Position numbers and translations under genes: made by a program. This document shows positions 38,716 to 47,475 of a stretch of 64,000 bases of DNA, piece by piece. The notes below the pieces were generated by a model. That model was not told where the DNA came from and did not search any database. It was given only the letters and a program-made list of their open reading frames with translations. The DNA is from Oscillospiraceae bacterium (GTDB lineage: Bacteria > Bacillota > Clostridia > UMGS1840). The stretch covers positions 65,877 through 129,876 of the forward strand of contig SVKD01000001.1 of NCBI GenBank assembly GCA_015068645.1, written 5' to 3'. Position 1 is the stretch's first letter. The number at the start of each line of letters is the position of its first letter.

Positions 38716-39669
38716 TCACTCCTTGATAAATTCCGCTTTCTGATAAGTATCATTTAAAAGTTTAAAATCAGAAATTCCGGATGATACATAAACCGAATGA
38801 TCTTTTGTAACATAAATTACTTCTGCGGATTCCGGAATCCTGAATGAATTTTCTAAAAACAAGGTTGTGGATAAAATATCCGCTTCCAGTGCAGAATCAC
38901 AAATTACAGTCACGCTTACCAAATTGGTTTCTACCGGATACCCTGTTTTAGGATCTAAAATATGATGGTATAATTGGTCATTTAATATAAAATTTCTTTC
39001 ATAAGAACCGGAAGTAGAAACTGCGCTTCCGTTGGGTAAGGCAAAAGAACATAACAATCCGTCATAATCAGGAGATTTTACTCCTGCAGTAATCTCTTTC
39101 CCGACGGTTTTTACGGTTCCGCCTATATCAATCAATGCATTCTTATCAGAGAGCATTTTAGCAACCTGATCACAAACATATCCTTTCGCAACAGCACCAA
39201 ACTCTATCTCAGCATTGTTTTTTAATTGGATATCGTCATCAGATATCACAATATTCTGATAACCCACAGACTTCAAATTTTCTGATAATTGTGCTTCATC
39301 GGGTAACATTGGATTTTCAGATTTAAAATCCCATAATTTAGAAACCGGACGAATAGAAATATCAAATGTATCATTACAATGTGGTAAAATTTTTTGGAGC
39401 AAATCAAAAAGTATAGTATCCTTAGCATTGGATACAGTAAATGTTTTTGTACTGTTTAATTTTGAAATCAAAGAATCTTCCCGATATGCATTCATAATAG
39501 AATCAATCTGATGAAGATAATCTTTTATTTTATTTTCCTGATTTTCAGAAATGCCTTCTGCTTTAATCCGGTAAGATGCATCCATGGAAAATCCTTGAAT
39601 CACAGTTTCTTGAGTTTTGCATCCTGTAAGAAGGAAAATACACAGTAAAATTGGAATAATACGTTTCAT
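38716..39669 (-). CDS. apbE: FAD:protein FMN transferase (ApbE family lipoprotein)
   Basis: Lipobox LLTGC, plus ApbE motifs GAVAKGY, IDIGG and HHILDPKTGYP. Confidence 0.85.
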   Translation of the reverse strand: MKRIIPILLCIFLLTGCKTQETVIQGFSMDASYRIKAEGISENQENKIKDYLHQIDSIMNAYREDSLISKLNSTKTFTVSNAKDTILFDLLQKILPHCNDTFDISIRPVSKLWDFKSENPMLPDEAQLSENLKSVGYQNIVISDDDIQLKNNAEIEFGAVAKGYVCDQVAKMLSDKNALIDIGGTVKTVGKEITAGVKSPDYDGLLCSFALPNGSAVSTSGSYERNFILNDQLYHHILDPKTGYPVETNLVSVTVICDSALEADILSTTLFLENSFRIPESAEVIYVTKDHSVYVSSGISDFKLLNDTYQKAEFIKE

Positions 39670-39705
39670 ATCCAGTTCTCCGTAAGGTGAAAATCATTTG
39701 CTCTT

Positions 39706-40023
39706 TTAATTCAATGGATGATTTTGCATCTGATTGACAAAAGAAGCTTCTCCCTCAATATTGGCAATCTGAAGTTTCAGTTGTTCAATTTCGTTATCTT
39801 TACGGGAAATTTCTTCTCTTAAGGTTCCGATTTTTTGTTGTAAAGCTGAAAGAGAGTCTCCGGCAAAAGTCAAGCGATAAGAGTTCATCAAAATAAATGT
39901 TGTGGTTGAAAATGAAAGTAAAAATAAAGTTATCAAACTAAAAATGAAAAATATCAACAGTTTTCTTTTTTTATATTTTTGAGATATTTGTTCCTTTGTG
40001 GGATTCTTATCATATGATTTCAT
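39706..40023 (-). CDS. Single-pass membrane coiled-coil protein (DivIC/FtsB-like architecture, tentative)
   Basis: 105 aa from ATG 40023 (AGGAG RBS 8 nt upstream). One TM (LLIFFIFSLITLFLLSF) followed by a heptad-rich segment LQQKIGTLREEISRKDNEIEQLKLQIANIE. Confidence 0.4.
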   Translation of the reverse strand: MKSYDKNPTKEQISQKYKKRKLLIFFIFSLITLFLLSFSTTTFILMNSYRLTFAGDSLSALQQKIGTLREEISRKDNEIEQLKLQIANIEGEASFVNQMQNHPLN

Positions 40024-40163
40024 AAACCAGGCTCCTGACTCAAATTTAATTCGAGAAAACAAAAACCCATCATATATTTGTTAATTATACCATAGTATCA
40101 GTAAAAAATCAATTGTTTTCCCTAACTTTTTATGAATTTTTTATGAATTTTTCAGATGTGGAC

Positions 40164-40192
40164 TTGACAAAAAACAAAGCCTTTGTTATAAT
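40164..40192 (+). promoter_or_regulatory. Consensus sigma-A promoter of htpG
   Basis: TTGACA (40164-40169), exactly 17 nt, then TATAAT (40187-40192). Confidence 0.65.
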
Positions 40193-40195
40193 ATT

Positions 40196-40222
40196 TTAGC
40201 ACTCTTGCAATAAGAGTGCTAA
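40196..40222 (+). promoter_or_regulatory. CIRCE operator (HrcA binding site)
   Basis: TTAGCACTC-ttgcaataa-GAGTGCTAA is a perfect match to the CIRCE consensus TTAGCACTC-N9-GAGTGCTAA. It starts 4 nt after the -10 element and ends 35 nt before the htpG ATG. Confidence 0.85.
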
Positions 40223-40256
40223 AATCAGCAAGATACTTTCAGAAAGAAGGATTACC

Positions 40257-42134
40257 ATGGCAAAAAAACAGTTTAAAGCAGAATCTAAGCGTTTGTTAGA
40301 TTTAATGATTCATTCTATTTATACCAATCAGGAAATCTTTTTACGGGAACTTATTTCCAACGCCAGCGACGCAATTGACAAAATGTATTACAAAACCCTT
40401 TCGGATGATTCTCTCCTTTTCCAAAAAGAGGATTACTACATTCGCATTGATACCAATAAAGAAACACGAACCCTTACCATCACCGATACAGGTATTGGTA
40501 TGAGTAAAGAAGAATTGGAAAATAATCTCGGAACTATCGCAAAATCCGGTTCTTTGGCTTTTAAAAGAGAAAACGAAGCCAAAGACGGTGTGGATATCAT
40601 TGGTCAATTTGGTGTTGGTTTTTATTCTGCATTTATGGTAGCCGACCGTGTTACTGTAAGAAGCAAAGCTTTTGGTGCAGAAGAAGCATACTGTTGGGAA
40701 TCTTCCGGCGCTGACGGTTATACCATTGACATTTGCGATAAAACAACACAAGGCACCGAAATTATTCTGACTGTGAAGGAAAACACGGAGGATGTAAACT
40801 ATGATGAATATCTTGATGCATACAGTTTGCAACACCTGGTGAAAAAATATTCCGACTTTATTAAATATCCCATCAAAATGGATGTAAATAAAAGCAAATT
40901 AAAAGACGGAACCGAAAATGAATACGAAGAATATACCGAAGAAGAAACCGTGAACAGTATGGTTCCCATCTGGAGAAAAAATAAAAACGAATTAACCCAA
41001 GAGGATTATGAACGTTTTTATTTAGACAAGCATTATGGATTTGAAAAACCGCTGAAATATATTCATGCATCCGTAGACGGCGTGGCAAGCTATAACACGA
41101 TTTTATATATCCCCAAACGAGTACCCTATGATTTTTACACCAAAGAATTTGAAAAAGGGTTAGAACTATACTCCAACGGCGTTTTAATTATGAATAAATG
41201 CGCCGATTTATTACCGGATTATTTTAGCTTCGTACAAGGATTAGTAGATTCCCCTGACCTTTCGCTAAATATTTCCAGAGAACTTTTGCAGCAGGACAGA
41301 CAACTTCAGTTTATTGCGAAAAAAATCAGAGATAAAATTAAATCCGAACTGCTGTCTTTATTAAAAAACAACAGAGAAACCTATGAAGAATTTTTTGCAC
41401 AATTCGGGAAAACATTAAAATTCGGAGTATACAGTGATTTTGGGGCACATAAAGATATTTTAAAAGATTTATTATTATTCTATTCGTCCAAAGAGGAAAA
41501 ATTGGTTACATTAGAGGAGTATGTATCCAAAATGGCTTCTGACCAGAAATATATTTATTATGTTTGCGGTGAATCCATTGACCGAGTTTCCAAATTACCG
41601 CAAACCGAATTAGTAAAAGACAAAGGTTATGAAATTCTTTACTGTACCGACGAAGTGGATGAATTTGCTCTTCAGATGTTGATGAATTACCAGGAAAAAG
41701 AATTCAAATCTGTTTCTTCTGGTGATTTAGGACTGGACGAACAAACCGAAGAATCTTCCAACGAAACGAACGAGGAACATAAAGATTTATTCCAAAAAAT
41801 GAAAGAAATTTTAGGAGAATCAATTCAAGAAGTAAAGATTTCTAACCGTTTAAAATCCCATCCAGTTTGCTTGTCTTCGGACGGTGGGCTTTCTATCGAA
41901 ATGGAAAAAGTGTTACGACAGATGCCAAACGGCGAAGGAATGAAAGCAAATAAAATTCTGGAATTAAATCCCAATCATCCTATCTTTGATGTCTTAAAAA
42001 CTTCCTATGCAGAAGATGAGGATAAATTAAAAAGTTATACCAATCTGCTGTATCAACAAGCATTGCTTATTGAAGGCTTACCGATTGAAGACCCTGTAGC
42101 CTTTTCTAATGAAATTTGCAAATTGATGAAATAA
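40257..42134 (+). CDS. htpG: Molecular chaperone HtpG (Hsp90)
   Basis: 625 aa. Motifs [34 protein letters not shown] and [15 protein letters not shown] are GHKL/Hsp90 signatures. Confidence 0.95.
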   Translation: MAKKQFKAESKRLLDLMIHSIYTNQEIFLRELISNASDAIDKMYYKTLSDDSLLFQKEDYYIRIDTNKETRTLTITDTGIGMSKEELENNLGTIAKSGSLAFKRENEAKDGVDIIGQFGVGFYSAFMVADRVTVRSKAFGAEEAYCWESSGADGYTIDICDKTTQGTEIILTVKENTEDVNYDEYLDAYSLQHLVKKYSDFIKYPIKMDVNKSKLKDGTENEYEEYTEEETVNSMVPIWRKNKNELTQEDYERFYLDKHYGFEKPLKYIHASVDGVASYNTILYIPKRVPYDFYTKEFEKGLELYSNGVLIMNKCADLLPDYFSFVQGLVDSPDLSLNISRELLQQDRQLQFIAKKIRDKIKSELLSLLKNNRETYEEFFAQFGKTLKFGVYSDFGAHKDILKDLLLFYSSKEEKLVTLEEYVSKMASDQKYIYYVCGESIDRVSKLPQTELVKDKGYEILYCTDEVDEFALQMLMNYQEKEFKSVSSGDLGLDEQTEESSNETNEEHKDLFQKMKEILGESIQEVKISNRLKSHPVCLSSDGGLSIEMEKVLRQMPNGEGMKANKILELNPNHPIFDVLKTSYAEDEDKLKSYTNLLYQQALLIEGLPIEDPVAFSNEICKLMK

Positions 42135-42140
42135 TTTTAA

Positions 42141-42182
42141 ATATGCATTTTCCTAAACTTACGGAAAATGCATATTTTTTTA
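42141..42182 (+). terminator. Rho-independent terminator of htpG
   Basis: 13-bp perfect stem ATATGCATTTTCC / GGAAAATGCATAT with a 9-nt loop, followed by TTTTTTT. Confidence 0.8.
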
Positions 42183-43049
42183 TTTTCGTCAAACAATATA
42201 AACGGTGATTTTTTGAAAATTTTAAAGAAATATTCTATCATTGCATTAGGATCTTTGATTTTCGCAATATCAATTAATTTATTTATGTTACCATTTAAAA
42301 TTGTTTCTGGCGGTCTTAGCGGAATTGCAACTATTTTTTATTATTTATTTGGCATTTCAACCGGAATAACCGTTGGTATTTTAGATCTGGTGATACTATT
42401 CTTTGCATTAAAATCTTTAGGAAAAGCTTTTGTAATGGATTCTATGGTTGCCATTCTTCTAATCCCTCTGTTTTTAAGTTTTACAGAGAAACTCCCACCT
42501 CTCACCAATGATATTTTTATTGCATCGGTGTTTGGCGGAGTACTGCTTGGCATTGGAATCGGACTGGCTTTTTCTCAAGGGGGGACAACGGGTGGCGTGG
42601 ACATTTTATCCAGAATGTCACAAAAAAAGTATCCCCATCTTTCGATCGGGATACTGATGACGATTCTGGATTTAATGATTATTGGCTTCTCCATGATTAC
42701 AATCGGTAACTTGAATTTAGCATTTTACGGAATTCTTTCGTTAGTAATTTCAACTACAGTAATTGACACAATTATCAGCAAGTTAAACTGCGCTAAATTA
42801 ATTTTAGCGGTAGTAACAGAGTCTTCAAAAATTGAACAAGAACTGCTAACATCTGTCAATCGTGGTGTAACAGTGATATCAGCTGTCGGAGCGTATTCAG
42901 GAGAAACAAAAAAAGTTTTAATGTGTGTTACAAAGCCAAAACAGGCGGCACAATTTAAAACAATGATTCGAGCTTCTGAACCAAATGCTTTTATCATTGT
43001 CACAGATTCAGAGGAAATTTTAGGAAACGGCTTCCGTTATTATCGGTAA
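42168..43049 (+). CDS. YitT-family membrane protein (DUF2179 C-terminal domain)
   Basis: Multi-pass N-terminal region plus a C-terminal GVTVISAVGAYSGETKKVLMCVTKPKQAAQFKTMI...FIIVTD pattern. The start is uncertain: ATG 42168 sits inside the htpG terminator stem, and in-frame TTG 42213 (giving MKILKKYSIIALGS) is a plausible alternative. Confidence 0.7.
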   Translation: MHIFLFSSNNINGDFLKILKKYSIIALGSLIFAISINLFMLPFKIVSGGLSGIATIFYYLFGISTGITVGILDLVILFFALKSLGKAFVMDSMVAILLIPLFLSFTEKLPPLTNDIFIASVFGGVLLGIGIGLAFSQGGTTGGVDILSRMSQKKYPHLSIGILMTILDLMIIGFSMITIGNLNLAFYGILSLVISTTVIDTIISKLNCAKLILAVVTESSKIEQELLTSVNRGVTVISAVGAYSGETKKVLMCVTKPKQAAQFKTMIRASEPNAFIIVTDSEEILGNGFRYYR

Positions 43050-43622
43050 TGATTCTGATTCCAATAAATGTGCTTCATAAATCGATACCAAATCATTCCA
43101 GAAGTTTTTATCAATATTACCGGTTTCTTCTTTTCCTAATATTTTTTGCAATGATCTAACAGAATTCACTGAAGCTTCGTCATGGATTCCTGTAACATCC
43201 AAATCAGGGACGGTATCAAATTCTTTTGATAAATTTTTCATAATTGACTGAATGGAATGAAGATAGCGGTTTTCTTCGTTTGGCAAAATAACATCAAAAT
43301 CTTTTGGTAAGATATTCACACAAACAGGCGGTTCTCGTTCAGCAAGCAGAATCAGATAATCCTCCAACAGAGTATCCCATGTTTGTTTATCGATAACGCC
43401 CGTGACGGGAAGTCCTCTGAAATTCTGAAACCATTTTACGGAAGCTTCGGTTTGCTCTCCAAAAATTCCATCAGGAATCACGGTTGGCATTTCTTCATAT
43501 TTGTTTCCGATTTCTCTTAAAAAGGTTTGTGCACTTCGTATGGGTTGCCCTAAAAACGGAGAAAAATCGTTCACGGATGTATTCAAATAATAAAACTCCT
43601 TTCTAATTGGGATCACGATCAT
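43020..43622 (-). CDS. Peptidoglycan-binding domain protein
   Basis: PG_binding_1-like repeats: DGIFGEQTEASVKWFQNFRGLPVTGVIDKQTWDTL and a second, weaker copy. Confidence 0.6.
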   Translation of the reverse strand: MIVIPIRKEFYYLNTSVNDFSPFLGQPIRSAQTFLREIGNKYEEMPTVIPDGIFGEQTEASVKWFQNFRGLPVTGVIDKQTWDTLLEDYLILLAEREPPVCVNILPKDFDVILPNEENRYLHSIQSIMKNLSKEFDTVPDLDVTGIHDEASVNSVRSLQKILGKEETGNIDKNFWNDLVSIYEAHLLESESLPIITEAVS

Positions 43623-45030
43623 TTAAACGCAGTTCTTTTCCAGGGTACTGAGTTGGACGTGATGTTAAAGCTGATACCTCTGTTCGGTAAGTTCCTGCAA
43701 TAGAATTCCAGGTTTCTTCATCCACTCTTCCGGTAGTGGGAAGACCAAATTCTCTCTGATAACTGATAACAGCTTGACGTGTCTGAGGCCCGAAATTTCC
43801 TGTCGGTGTTACAGAATTAATCTCAGGATACGATAACGAAATAATATTCAAATACTGTTGCAACGTGGTGACTGCTGATCCCGTAGATCCAAATTCCAAA
43901 ACAGTTCCATCGTATGGTTCAGTTTTAATTCCGAAAACTTCTTCGTCCAGGAAAACAGTGTCTACAATTCCCTTGAACACTGCATACATTTTATCCCAGG
44001 TTTTTTCTCCCACAATTCCATCTTGCTCTAACCCGTATTCCTTTTGAAAAGCAATAACTGCATTTTTTGTTTCAGGGCCGAAATTTCCGTCAATTTCCAC
44101 AAAAGGAATATTGGGATCAAATCCCGCAAAAATAGATAAAAAATATTGTAATATTGTTACCTTTTCTCCAGTGTTCCCTTCAGAAATGGCATCGGGATAC
44201 TGCAAGTTCAATCCAAACAACCTCTGTCCTTCAGAATCCAATTCATTTAATCTTAAAATTCCTGTATATAGGTAAACCAGTCGATACCAAGTTGCTTTTC
44301 CTACAACCCCATCAGCAGTTAAATTAAAAATTTGCTGAAAGGTGCGAACAGCCTCTTCCGTATTTTCCCCGAAAATTCCATCCACAGGATTGATTTTCGG
44401 AATCAGAGGATAGTTTTGGGATATTTGATTTAATTCTCTTTGAATAACCTTTACATATGGACCGCTATCGCCTCTTCTGATTGGTGTACCAGGATAAGAT
44501 TCTCGGAATTCTCGAATTGGTGCATCATTCACCAACTCAATATTGTATCCGTAGTAATAATATAAAATATCTAATGTGGAATAACCTTGCTGTGCTAAAT
44601 TTTCGCTTCCCCACTGGGAAAGTCCTTCGCAAGTAACTGTGGTACCGTTGCAATATTTTGCAGCCAAAGGTTCGGCAACTCCGATTTCACGGATATAATC
44701 ATTAAAAATTTCATTCACAATACGATCTATATTATCAAAGATATTTCTTCCTTTGATAAATTTTTGGTCAATTGCCGTGGAATTTGTAATATCAAAATTA
44801 TAGCCACGACTACGGTAATACTCGGTATAAACACGGTTTAAAGCAAAAGATATCTGAGCATAAATGTTTGCTCGGATTGCCGATTCATCCCATGTGGGAT
44901 AAATTTCAGAGGAAGCAACATTTTTGATATAATCAGGAAAGGTGACAGTCACATTTTCCGCGTTGGAATCCGGCGGTCCCAAATGAACCGTAATATACTG
45001 CGGAATAAAAGGTGTAACAGTAATTGCCAT
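43603..45030 (-). CDS. Cell-wall protein with SpoIID/LytB-like N-terminal region (tentative) and three peptidoglycan-binding repeats
   Basis: N-terminal YIKNVASSEIYPTWDESAIRANIYAQISFALNRV resembles the SpoIID core. Three PG_binding_1 repeats follow, each with a DG.FG..T...V..FQ......DG.VG..TW pattern. Confidence 0.6.
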   Translation of the reverse strand: MAITVTPFIPQYITVHLGPPDSNAENVTVTFPDYIKNVASSEIYPTWDESAIRANIYAQISFALNRVYTEYYRSRGYNFDITNSTAIDQKFIKGRNIFDNIDRIVNEIFNDYIREIGVAEPLAAKYCNGTTVTCEGLSQWGSENLAQQGYSTLDILYYYYGYNIELVNDAPIREFRESYPGTPIRRGDSGPYVKVIQRELNQISQNYPLIPKINPVDGIFGENTEEAVRTFQQIFNLTADGVVGKATWYRLVYLYTGILRLNELDSEGQRLFGLNLQYPDAISEGNTGEKVTILQYFLSIFAGFDPNIPFVEIDGNFGPETKNAVIAFQKEYGLEQDGIVGEKTWDKMYAVFKGIVDTVFLDEEVFGIKTEPYDGTVLEFGSTGSAVTTLQQYLNIISLSYPEINSVTPTGNFGPQTRQAVISYQREFGLPTTGRVDEETWNSIAGTYRTEVSALTSRPTQYPGKELRLNDRDPN

Positions 45031-45044
45031 AAAAGATTCCTCCT

Positions 45045-45434
45045 TTATAAATTCTGTGGCGGGATAGGATAAATGGTTTCTGCTGTTTTAGGATTTTGAA
45101 ATTCGTCCAGCGGAATCATATTCACATTTTGAATGGATTCTCGATTAGGAAAAATCTGCACGTTTTTTATCAGAATTTTTTGATACATTGGATGTGTGAT
45201 TAAAATATCCACAACAGAAAACGGAGCACTGTCCCCTACCTTTCCCGGTGATAATGACAAATCAACGTCAGGAGTTTCCAGTTCGAATGCTGTGGTAAGT
45301 CCTTCCTCATTTGTGGAACGAAAACCGATAAGATTTTGTGTTCCGCTTTCTAATAAGGATACGCGGGCATTTTTGATGGGAATTGCCATCCTCGCTGTGT
45401 ACACAAACACAATAAGAGATCCTTTCTCAGCCAT
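45045..45434 (-). CDS. Hypothetical protein (carboxypeptidase-regulatory-like beta-sandwich, tentative)
   Basis: About 129 aa. GSLIVFVYTARMAIPIKNARVSL... resembles CarboxypepD_reg-like domains. Start set at ATG 45434 (GAAAGGA RBS). Confidence 0.4.
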   Translation of the reverse strand: MAEKGSLIVFVYTARMAIPIKNARVSLLESGTQNLIGFRSTNEEGLTTAFELETPDVDLSLSPGKVGDSAPFSVVDILITHPMYQKILIKNVQIFPNRESIQNVNMIPLDEFQNPKTAETIYPIPPQNL

Positions 45435-45448
45435 TTTTGTCATCCTTT

Positions 45449-46312
45449 CTATGGAAGTTTAATTTTTTTCATAAATTCTTCAGTCGAAATCCCTTCCGGA
45501 CGGTTATAACGCCCTAACATATACAAGCACCCTTTATTCTTTGAAATTTGATTGATCCTTTCATAACAGGATAAACTTGCAAAAAAACCTGTTTCTTCTA
45601 ATGTCTTTTGAGATTCGGGACAAATATATCCAAACGGATAAGTAAAGGTAACCGACGGTTGAATACCGGATTTCTCCTTTAATGCAGATTGCAACTTCAC
45701 CAAATCACTTTTTAAATTATTTCTGTATTCCGCTATCGCTTCTCCTTCTAAAATATTGCAGCCCTTTCGTCCCTCTTTTTCGTGAAGATCATAAGTGTGA
45801 TTAGCAATTTCAATCCGTCCGCTATCTTCCAAATTTTTGATATCACCCCAAGTAAGATAAGAATAATTCGGATTATGTCCGTCAGCTTTGGAAAATTGTT
45901 CCGTATAACTTCCTACAACAGAAATGACTGCCTTCATCTGATATTTTTCTAAAAGTGGTAACAAATAAACCATATTGTTATAGTGTCCATCATCAAATGT
46001 TAACACAATCGGTTTTTCCGGTAATGGTGCATCTTCATAAACATATGCTATTAAATCTTTTACCAAAACCGTTTCGTACCCATTATTACGAAGATATATC
46101 ATATCATATTCCAATGTAGACGGCGTTACAACATATTCTCCGCTTCTGTCAGGATCTTTCAGAACACTGTGATACATCAAAATCGGAACTGATATCTCTT
46201 TAGATTCGGTACTTGCTTTTACTGAAGCGTAAGTACAAATTCCGGTTATCAATACAGTCAGAATTAAAAAACAGATGAGTAACTGTTTCCCTTTTGTAAT
46301 ACAAATGAACAT
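45449..46312 (-). CDS. Polysaccharide deacetylase (NodB homology) family protein, membrane-anchored
   Basis: N-terminal TM, then PILMYHSV, LTFDDGHYNN and IANHTYDLH motifs. Start set at ATG 46312 (AGGAGA RBS) instead of 46411. Confidence 0.8.
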   Translation of the reverse strand: MFICITKGKQLLICFLILTVLITGICTYASVKASTESKEISVPILMYHSVLKDPDRSGEYVVTPSTLEYDMIYLRNNGYETVLVKDLIAYVYEDAPLPEKPIVLTFDDGHYNNMVYLLPLLEKYQMKAVISVVGSYTEQFSKADGHNPNYSYLTWGDIKNLEDSGRIEIANHTYDLHEKEGRKGCNILEGEAIAEYRNNLKSDLVKLQSALKEKSGIQPSVTFTYPFGYICPESQKTLEETGFFASLSCYERINQISKNKGCLYMLGRYNRPEGISTEEFMKKIKLP

Positions 46313-46428
46313 AATATTTCTCCTGTCATGGAATTCAATAATTATTTTATGAGAGTAGCTCTCTAAACATAACCATAAAAAAATAACGATGCATTCTTTT
46401 AAAATGTACATCGTTATTTTTATAAATA

Positions 46429-47475
46429 TTACAAAATCATAGGATAATCACCACGGGACAAATCAACAATCAAACCTATCGATTCAATTTCCGTTTTGAG
46501 TTGATCGAAACTTTCCGCAGTTTCTTCTCCAATGGCGATTTTATTTTGATATAGCAAATAATTTTTACGTTTCCCAATAGGCGTCAAATTGGGCATAACC
46601 ACATTTGCGCCGGAAAGAAGAGCTGTTTTCCGACCTTCTTGATCTAAGGAAGCTAACGCAGTTGTAGACGGCAACAAAGCTTTAGGCAAAAGAAGACGTG
46701 TCAGAGCAACCAGCTGAATGGTTTTTCGTACTGTCCCATCCGAATAATCGGCAAACGGTGTATCATTATGATGAATAAATGGACCAATTCCAACCATTTC
46801 TGGTTGCAATCCTTTTAGAAAAAGCAAATCGTTAACAAGATGTTCATCAGTTTGATACGGAGAGCCAACCATAAATCCTGCACCGGTTTGAAAATTTAGT
46901 TTCTTTAATGTTTTTAAACAGTTTATGCGATTTATCAATGTTAGGTTTTTGGGATGCAGTTTTTTGTAATGTTCGTCGCTTGCAGTCTCATGACGAAGCA
47001 AATACCGATCAACACCCGCATTTTTTAATTTTTGATAACTTTCCAACGAACGTTCTCCCACGGATAATGTAATTGCTTTTTTGGGATATTTTTCTTTAAT
47101 TTTTGTGACAATTCCTATCAGTTTCTCATCGGTATAACATGGGTCTTCCCCACCCTGCAACACATAGGTCTGAATCCCAAGTTTATCCCCTGCTTCACAC
47201 GACAACAAAATATCATCCACAGATAAGCGGTATCGTTCTGCTTTTTTATTGGAACAACGAATTCCGCAGTAGTAACAATCATTTTTACAATAATTGGTGA
47301 ATTCGATTAACCCTCGGATATATACAGATTTTCCAAAAATTTCTTCTTTCTTTTGATTTGATTTTTGGCAAAGATAAGAAAAATCATCCTCGTCAGTCAT
47401 TTGAATTAAGATGAGAAGTTCTTCTTTGGAAAGTGACTGTTCCCGATAAAGTTTATCAATCAATGTTTTATTCAC
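46429..47475 (-). CDS. hydE: [FeFe]-hydrogenase H-cluster radical SAM maturase HydE
   Basis: Radical SAM motif CKNDCYYCGIR; a biotin-synthase-like 348-aa protein in the hydG-hydF-hydE gene order. Confidence 0.85.
   Translation of the reverse strand: MNKTLIDKLYREQSLSKEELLILIQMTDEDDFSYLCQKSNQKKEEIFGKSVYIRGLIEFTNYCKNDCYYCGIRCSNKKAERYRLSVDDILLSCEAGDKLGIQTYVLQGGEDPCYTDEKLIGIVTKIKEKYPKKAITLSVGERSLESYQKLKNAGVDRYLLRHETASDEHYKKLHPKNLTLINRINCLKTLKKLNFQTGAGFMVGSPYQTDEHLVNDLLFLKGLQPEMVGIGPFIHHNDTPFADYSDGTVRKTIQLVALTRLLLPKALLPSTTALASLDQEGRKTALLSGANVVMPNLTPIGKRKNYLLYQNKIAIGEETAESFDQLKTEIESIGLIVDLSRGDYPMIL

Noticed and set aside
40341-40835. 164-aa antisense ORF inside htpG
   Set aside because: It overlaps the conserved GHKL domain of HtpG on the opposite strand. 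It has no start context and a Phe/Cys/Ile-rich spurious composition.
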